This document shows, piece by piece, positions 60,032-64,000 of a stretch of DNA of 64,000 nucleotides (positions are counted from its first letter, which is position 1; every line of letters begins with the position of its first letter). Source of the stretch: Gemmatimonadales bacterium (lineage in GTDB: Bacteria; Gemmatimonadota; Gemmatimonadetes; Gemmatimonadales; GWC2-71-9); the NCBI GenBank assembly GCA_965249575.1, contig OZ252244.1, positions 288,001 to 352,000 of the forward strand, in the 5' to 3' direction. A model generated the notes under the pieces. It made no database searches, was not told the origin of the DNA, and saw only the letters and a list, made by a program, of their open reading frames with translations. A program made the position numbers and the translations under genes.

Positions 60032-60089
60032 CACTTGACCTCCCACGATAGTGCGACGCTGCCGTTGTTCGCTTCGTGAATCGCAACCA

Positions 60090-60506
60090 CTACGTTCGGC
60101 GCGCCCCCACGAAATCCACAGGCCATCGCAGCGTGAAGTCCCAGGGCTCGCTCCCCTCCGGTTCGACGATCGTGAGATCAGCGATGGCCTGGGTCACACA
60201 CTCGGTGAGCGACGGGTCGGCGGTCGTGTTCGAATCGACCCCCGGCACAAGCCGCCCCTTTCCACCTCGAATGCGATAGACGATCGTGCCCTCGACCGGA
60301 CCTCGGAGCCGGAGCGCACGGGCGAAGCAGGCCTCGAATCGGGGGTGGAGCTGCAGCAGTTGACGCGCCAGGTAGTCTCGATCGACGGTCCCTTCGAGTG
60401 CGAGAGACCCGAACTTCACACTGCCGAACACTGGACCCCGCCCACAGCTTCCCGACGTCAGCCCGCACCCCACCGCTGCAATGACGAGTAACACCCGCGA
60501 CGTCAC
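60090..60506 (-). CDS. Small exported protein with AgmX/PglI-C (TonB-C-like) domain
   Basis: Signal/lipobox-like N-terminus; RFEACFARAL...EGTIVY...DPSLTECVTQAI...WPVDF. Confidence 0.6.
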   Translation of the reverse strand: MTSRVLLVIAAVGCGLTSGSCGRGPVFGSVKFGSLALEGTVDRDYLARQLLQLHPRFEACFARALRLRGPVEGTIVYRIRGGKGRLVPGVDSNTTADPSLTECVTQAIADLTIVEPEGSEPWDFTLRWPVDFVGARRT

Positions 60507-60760
60507 CCGCTTCAACCTCCCGCGACTGGCAGTTCGGTGTGATCCTCTAGAACACCAGATCCTACGGTACCCGACGGGATCATGGGACACAACTGCCATT
60601 TCGATAGGAAAACGTGGCGTCCAGCCACCACTTGTCCTGTTCGTGACTCCGGGATAGGATCTGTCGTCGCCCTTCCCACGAACCAAGAGAAGCGATATCA
60701 ACTTGTCGCGACCCCACCCGGGGGTTGTCGAGGGCCCCCACGACTCGGAGTGCGCTCACG

Positions 60761-61561
60761 GTGGCGAGAACCACGCTGCGTAACCCCCACACGGAACGGC
60801 GGACCGGACAGCGTCGGCTGAGCCACGAGAGGCGGAACGCCCGCATTCGCGGGAAACTGGACCGCCGAACCGGGGTCGTCTTGTCAGTCGTCGAGGAGCG
60901 CCGCTCCGGACCCGAGCGGAGGCGGTTGGAACGGCGGCGGGATCCAGAACGACGCGTCGTGCCAGGGCGAAGGGTGTCCGACCGCGCGCGCTACACCCCA
61001 AGCCCCTACTCGCCCGCGGAGACCGCCTGGATCCGAGACCGGCTGGTCCGCAGCCGGACTCGGCCTGCCTGCCCCAAGTGCGGCGGCACCCTCACGGTCG
61101 GCCTCGGGGCGGTTCGATTCGGCATCGCCGTGCGCGAGGTAAGCTGTGCGCGGTGTCGCCGCACCCTGATGGTGCGCGAGCGTGCAGGCGCCCGCGTCGT
61201 CGTTGTCGACCGTGAACTCGGCGCCCGCGGTGCCCTGTGTAACGTGCTGACGCAAGCCGGCTACGATGCCGAGCAAGCGGAAGACGGCGATGCGGCCCTG
61301 CGGCTGAGCCAAACCAATAGGCCCGACGTTTTGATCGTCTCGATGGCAAATCTGGGGTCGGCCCCCCTCGAGCTCATCCGGCGCCTGCGGCGGGAGCTCC
61401 CGGGTGTCGGCGTCGTCGCCATGGCCGGGCCCCGCCGCTACGGAGCGCCGGACGTGCTCGCCCAAGCCCGCAGCATGGCTGCGATCGAGATTCTCCGCGC
61501 CCCGTTCAAGCCCGAAGAGCTACTGCGAGCGGTCGAGGCCGCAACGATCCGCCCGACCTGA
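60761..61561 (+). CDS. Arg-rich repeat + Zn-ribbon + atypical receiver domain protein
   Basis: (D/E)RR repeats, CPKC..CARC, C-terminal CheY-like fold ending PFKPEELL; start uncertain. Confidence 0.75.
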   Translation: MARTTLRNPHTERRTGQRRLSHERRNARIRGKLDRRTGVVLSVVEERRSGPERRRLERRRDPERRVVPGRRVSDRARYTPSPYSPAETAWIRDRLVRSRTRPACPKCGGTLTVGLGAVRFGIAVREVSCARCRRTLMVRERAGARVVVVDRELGARGALCNVLTQAGYDAEQAEDGDAALRLSQTNRPDVLIVSMANLGSAPLELIRRLRRELPGVGVVAMAGPRRYGAPDVLAQARSMAAIEILRAPFKPEELLRAVEAATIRPT

Positions 61562-61562
61562 G

Positions 61563-62942
61563 CTAGTTTCGGCTCACCTTCGTCCGAGCAGGCCCGCCGT
61601 CGGGACCGTTGTCCCAGTCCTGGACGGTGGAGATGTTGGGCATCCCCCAATCGTGCCCGTTCCAGCCGTCGAACCCCTCCATCTTGAACGCCCAGAAACC
61701 GGAGTGCATGTCGGCAGCCACGATGAGGCCGTCGGCGTTTCGCACGTCGACGCCGAAAACGCCGCTCGCCTCGCCCCCTACACTGTAGGGCGTGACGTGG
61801 TCGTAGGTATCGTAGAAGGCCACGGCGTGCGGCCGCCGGGGATTCCGCATGTCGAGCACCTGTAGCCCGTCTTCGTAGGCCGACACGAACACGTAGGGCC
61901 AACGAATCTCCATGTTGTGAGAAGATTTGATCCAGTCGGCCGTCCATTCGGCAATCGGCCGTAGAACGGTCTCTTTACCCTCCAGGGCGGGCTGCAGGTC
62001 GAAGAACCGGATTGGCGTGTGCCCGAGGGACGTCATTTCCGTGAGGCCGTATCGACCGTCGGGCGTGGCAACGAACGTATGCCCTCCCGACTGCTGGCTG
62101 GGGACGGGGCGGATCGTGGCGAGGAGCCGCGGAGCCGAAACATCGGTGACGTCGAACACGTAATTGCCACCCTCGTAGGTGCCCTCGGGACCACCGCCGT
62201 AAAATCGATCCTGACCCGACTCCGGATGATAAGCGACATACGGATCGTGATATCCGCGCCGCGCGCCACGTGGCTCCGGGAGCGGTACGCGCCCTACCAA
62301 TCCCCGGTCGGCATCCCCAGCCAGCAACCGCTCCATGTCGTAGATACTGGCGCCGTGCTCGTCACTGATCGCCGATTCCGCGGTCGTGAATAGCAGGACA
62401 CGGCCATCTGAATGCTTATACGCAAAAATGTTGTGGCACCCCCCGGGGGTCTCCGGCAGGTGGATCCGGCCCACCTCGCGTATCGTGCTCGTGTCCGGCA
62501 GCCCGGTGACGTCGAAGACGATGACGCAGAGATCCAGATCGGGACCGCTCTGCCGGAACTGGAAGGATTGAACGTCGTAGTACCGGCCGTCGAGCTTGAA
62601 GTGCTTGTTATCCATCCCGCCCAGCCCCTGGTGCAACTCCTGCTGCTCGATGCGCCAACGGTAGATCACTTTCGCCCGTTCCGGCTCGCGAACACTGACG
62701 ATATCCATCCCCATCGCCCGTCCGAGTTTGGCGCGGCCGTAGTCCGAGCGCGCCACGTAGACGTACGGCCGTGACAGTTCCTGTTCCATCTCGATGTCCA
62801 TTACCGTGCCGGCCGCACCGAGCGGGACGTGGTCAAGGAGCTTCACGTTGTCGCTGCGCTGTTGGCCAGGCGGGAACTGCGCAACAAGGGACGAGCCGAC
62901 GAGGGAGAGCATGCCAAGAATGGTTACACCACGGCGAAACAT
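61563..62942 (-). CDS. Secreted LVIVD-type beta-propeller protein, paralogue 6
   Basis: Same family: GGCHNIF, YHDPYV, GHTFV, SHNMEIRWP, WNGHDWGMPNISTVQDWDNGP. Confidence 0.85.
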   Translation of the reverse strand: MFRRGVTILGMLSLVGSSLVAQFPPGQQRSDNVKLLDHVPLGAAGTVMDIEMEQELSRPYVYVARSDYGRAKLGRAMGMDIVSVREPERAKVIYRWRIEQQELHQGLGGMDNKHFKLDGRYYDVQSFQFRQSGPDLDLCVIVFDVTGLPDTSTIREVGRIHLPETPGGCHNIFAYKHSDGRVLLFTTAESAISDEHGASIYDMERLLAGDADRGLVGRVPLPEPRGARRGYHDPYVAYHPESGQDRFYGGGPEGTYEGGNYVFDVTDVSAPRLLATIRPVPSQQSGGHTFVATPDGRYGLTEMTSLGHTPIRFFDLQPALEGKETVLRPIAEWTADWIKSSHNMEIRWPYVFVSAYEDGLQVLDMRNPRRPHAVAFYDTYDHVTPYSVGGEASGVFGVDVRNADGLIVAADMHSGFWAFKMEGFDGWNGHDWGMPNISTVQDWDNGPDGGPARTKVSRN

Positions 62943-63112
62943 CTGCGATCTCCAGGGACGAAGGAACCGGCACCGACAAGGGTAAGGCCGGATTCGGCCG
63001 AGGCAAGGGGACGCCACCACTTCGTCGGCCTGGGATGATTGCATAGATTTTGGTACGACACCCGCGCTGCCGCTCGGTCAGCGCATTGTGCTTATGCTGC
63101 CATTGAGGAAGA

Positions 63113-64000
63113 ATGATCGTCGAAGCGCAACATCGTTCGATAGACGGTCCGGCCGCCTGGTACGGCTCCCGCATGGCCGAATCGAGTGATTGGGTGTACC
63201 GCTTGAGCGCGGCAGACCTCCGGGAGATCGATTCGGCGGTGACCACCGTCCAGCGTCGCGGCATCGCGCTGGCGAACGTGACGCCCGTCGATTTCCCGCT
63301 CCCCGAGCTCGGCTCGGTGCTCACGAACCTTCGGGATCAGGTCGTAACTGGTCGAGGCTTTGCGCTCATCCGGGGCCTGCCCATCGACGGCGTTCCGATG
63401 GAGCACATTGCACTCAGTTATTGGGGGATCGGCTCCTACTTCGGGCTGCCCGTGTCGCAGAATGCCAAAGGCCACGTTTTGGGCCACGTCAAGGACATCG
63501 GACACGATCCCGCCAACCCGGAGCATCGGATCTACGCAACGAGCGCCAGGCATCGCTATCACACGGATTCGTGTGACGTCGTAGGACTGTTGTGTGTGCG
63601 GCCCGCCAAGTCGGGAGGCCGCAGCAGCCTCGTGAGCTCAGTGACCGTCCACAACGAGATGTTGAAGACACGTCCCGATTTAGTCAGCGTCCTCGCCCAG
63701 CCTTTCTGCTACGACCGGAAGGGTGAAATCCCGGCGGGCAAGAAGGCCTACTACTGGATGCCGATCTTCAACAACTACGCTGGACACCTGACTACGATCT
63801 ACGCCCGGGACTTCATTGAAGCGGCCCAGCGCTTTCAAGAGGTGCCGCGGCTCAGCGAAGCGCAGATCGAGGCCATGGACCATCTGGACCGGATGGCAGC
63901 CAACATCGACCTCCGACTCGACATGGACCTGCGGCCCGGCGACATCCAATTGCTCCACAACCACCAGATCCTTCATGCGCGGACCGCTTACGAGGATTAC
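63113..64000 (+). CDS. TauD/TfdA-family Fe(II)/2-oxoglutarate dioxygenase (partial)
   Basis: Not in ORF track. Hand translation MIVEAQHRSIDGPAAWYG..GRGFALIRG..YHTDSCDVVGL..HNHQILHARTAYEDY; GAGG RBS. Confidence 0.9.
   Translation, partial: MIVEAQHRSIDGPAAWYGSRMAESSDWVYRLSAADLREIDSAVTTVQRRGIALANVTPVDFPLPELGSVLTNLRDQVVTGRGFALIRGLPIDGVPMEHIALSYWGIGSYFGLPVSQNAKGHVLGHVKDIGHDPANPEHRIYATSARHRYHTDSCDVVGLLCVRPAKSGGRSSLVSSVTVHNEMLKTRPDLVSVLAQPFCYDRKGEIPAGKKAYYWMPIFNNYAGHLTTIYARDFIEAAQRFQEVPRLSEAQIEAMDHLDRMAANIDLRLDMDLRPGDIQLLHNHQILHARTAYEDY

Overview
High-GC bacterial window; the gene content and order suggest a Gemmatimonadota-like organism (inference only). Positions 1-43.3 kb form one almost uninterrupted minus-strand run. 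In transcription order it contains tilS-ftsH-folP-cdaA-DUF2723-yggS-divIVA-punA-ileS-dksA-lspA-rluD, then a ~17 kb signalling cluster, tRNA-Val, a secreted TPR protein, tRNA-Asp and the start of the dcw cluster (rsmH-ftsL-ftsI-murE-murF-mraY-murD). The signalling cluster is the best candidate for an undescribed system. It is a receptor-less CheA/W/Y/C/D/R/B set split in two around an MglA GTPase, three roadblock-domain proteins, two PATAN(DUF4388)-MshEN-TPR proteins, large TPR scaffolds and a tandem DnaA-like double AAA+ protein lacking a DNA-binding domain. Positions 45-63 kb are accessory. They hold six paralogous secreted LVIVD-type beta-propeller proteins with conserved His motifs (two with an extra CxCxH) and a minor-pilin cluster carrying two small inversions, an insertion and frameshifts that may be amplification or assembly artefacts. 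Also present are an NSS transporter, a serine hydrolase, a Zn-ribbon pseudo-receiver protein and a TauD-family dioxygenase. All calls come from motif recognition by eye; no searches were run.
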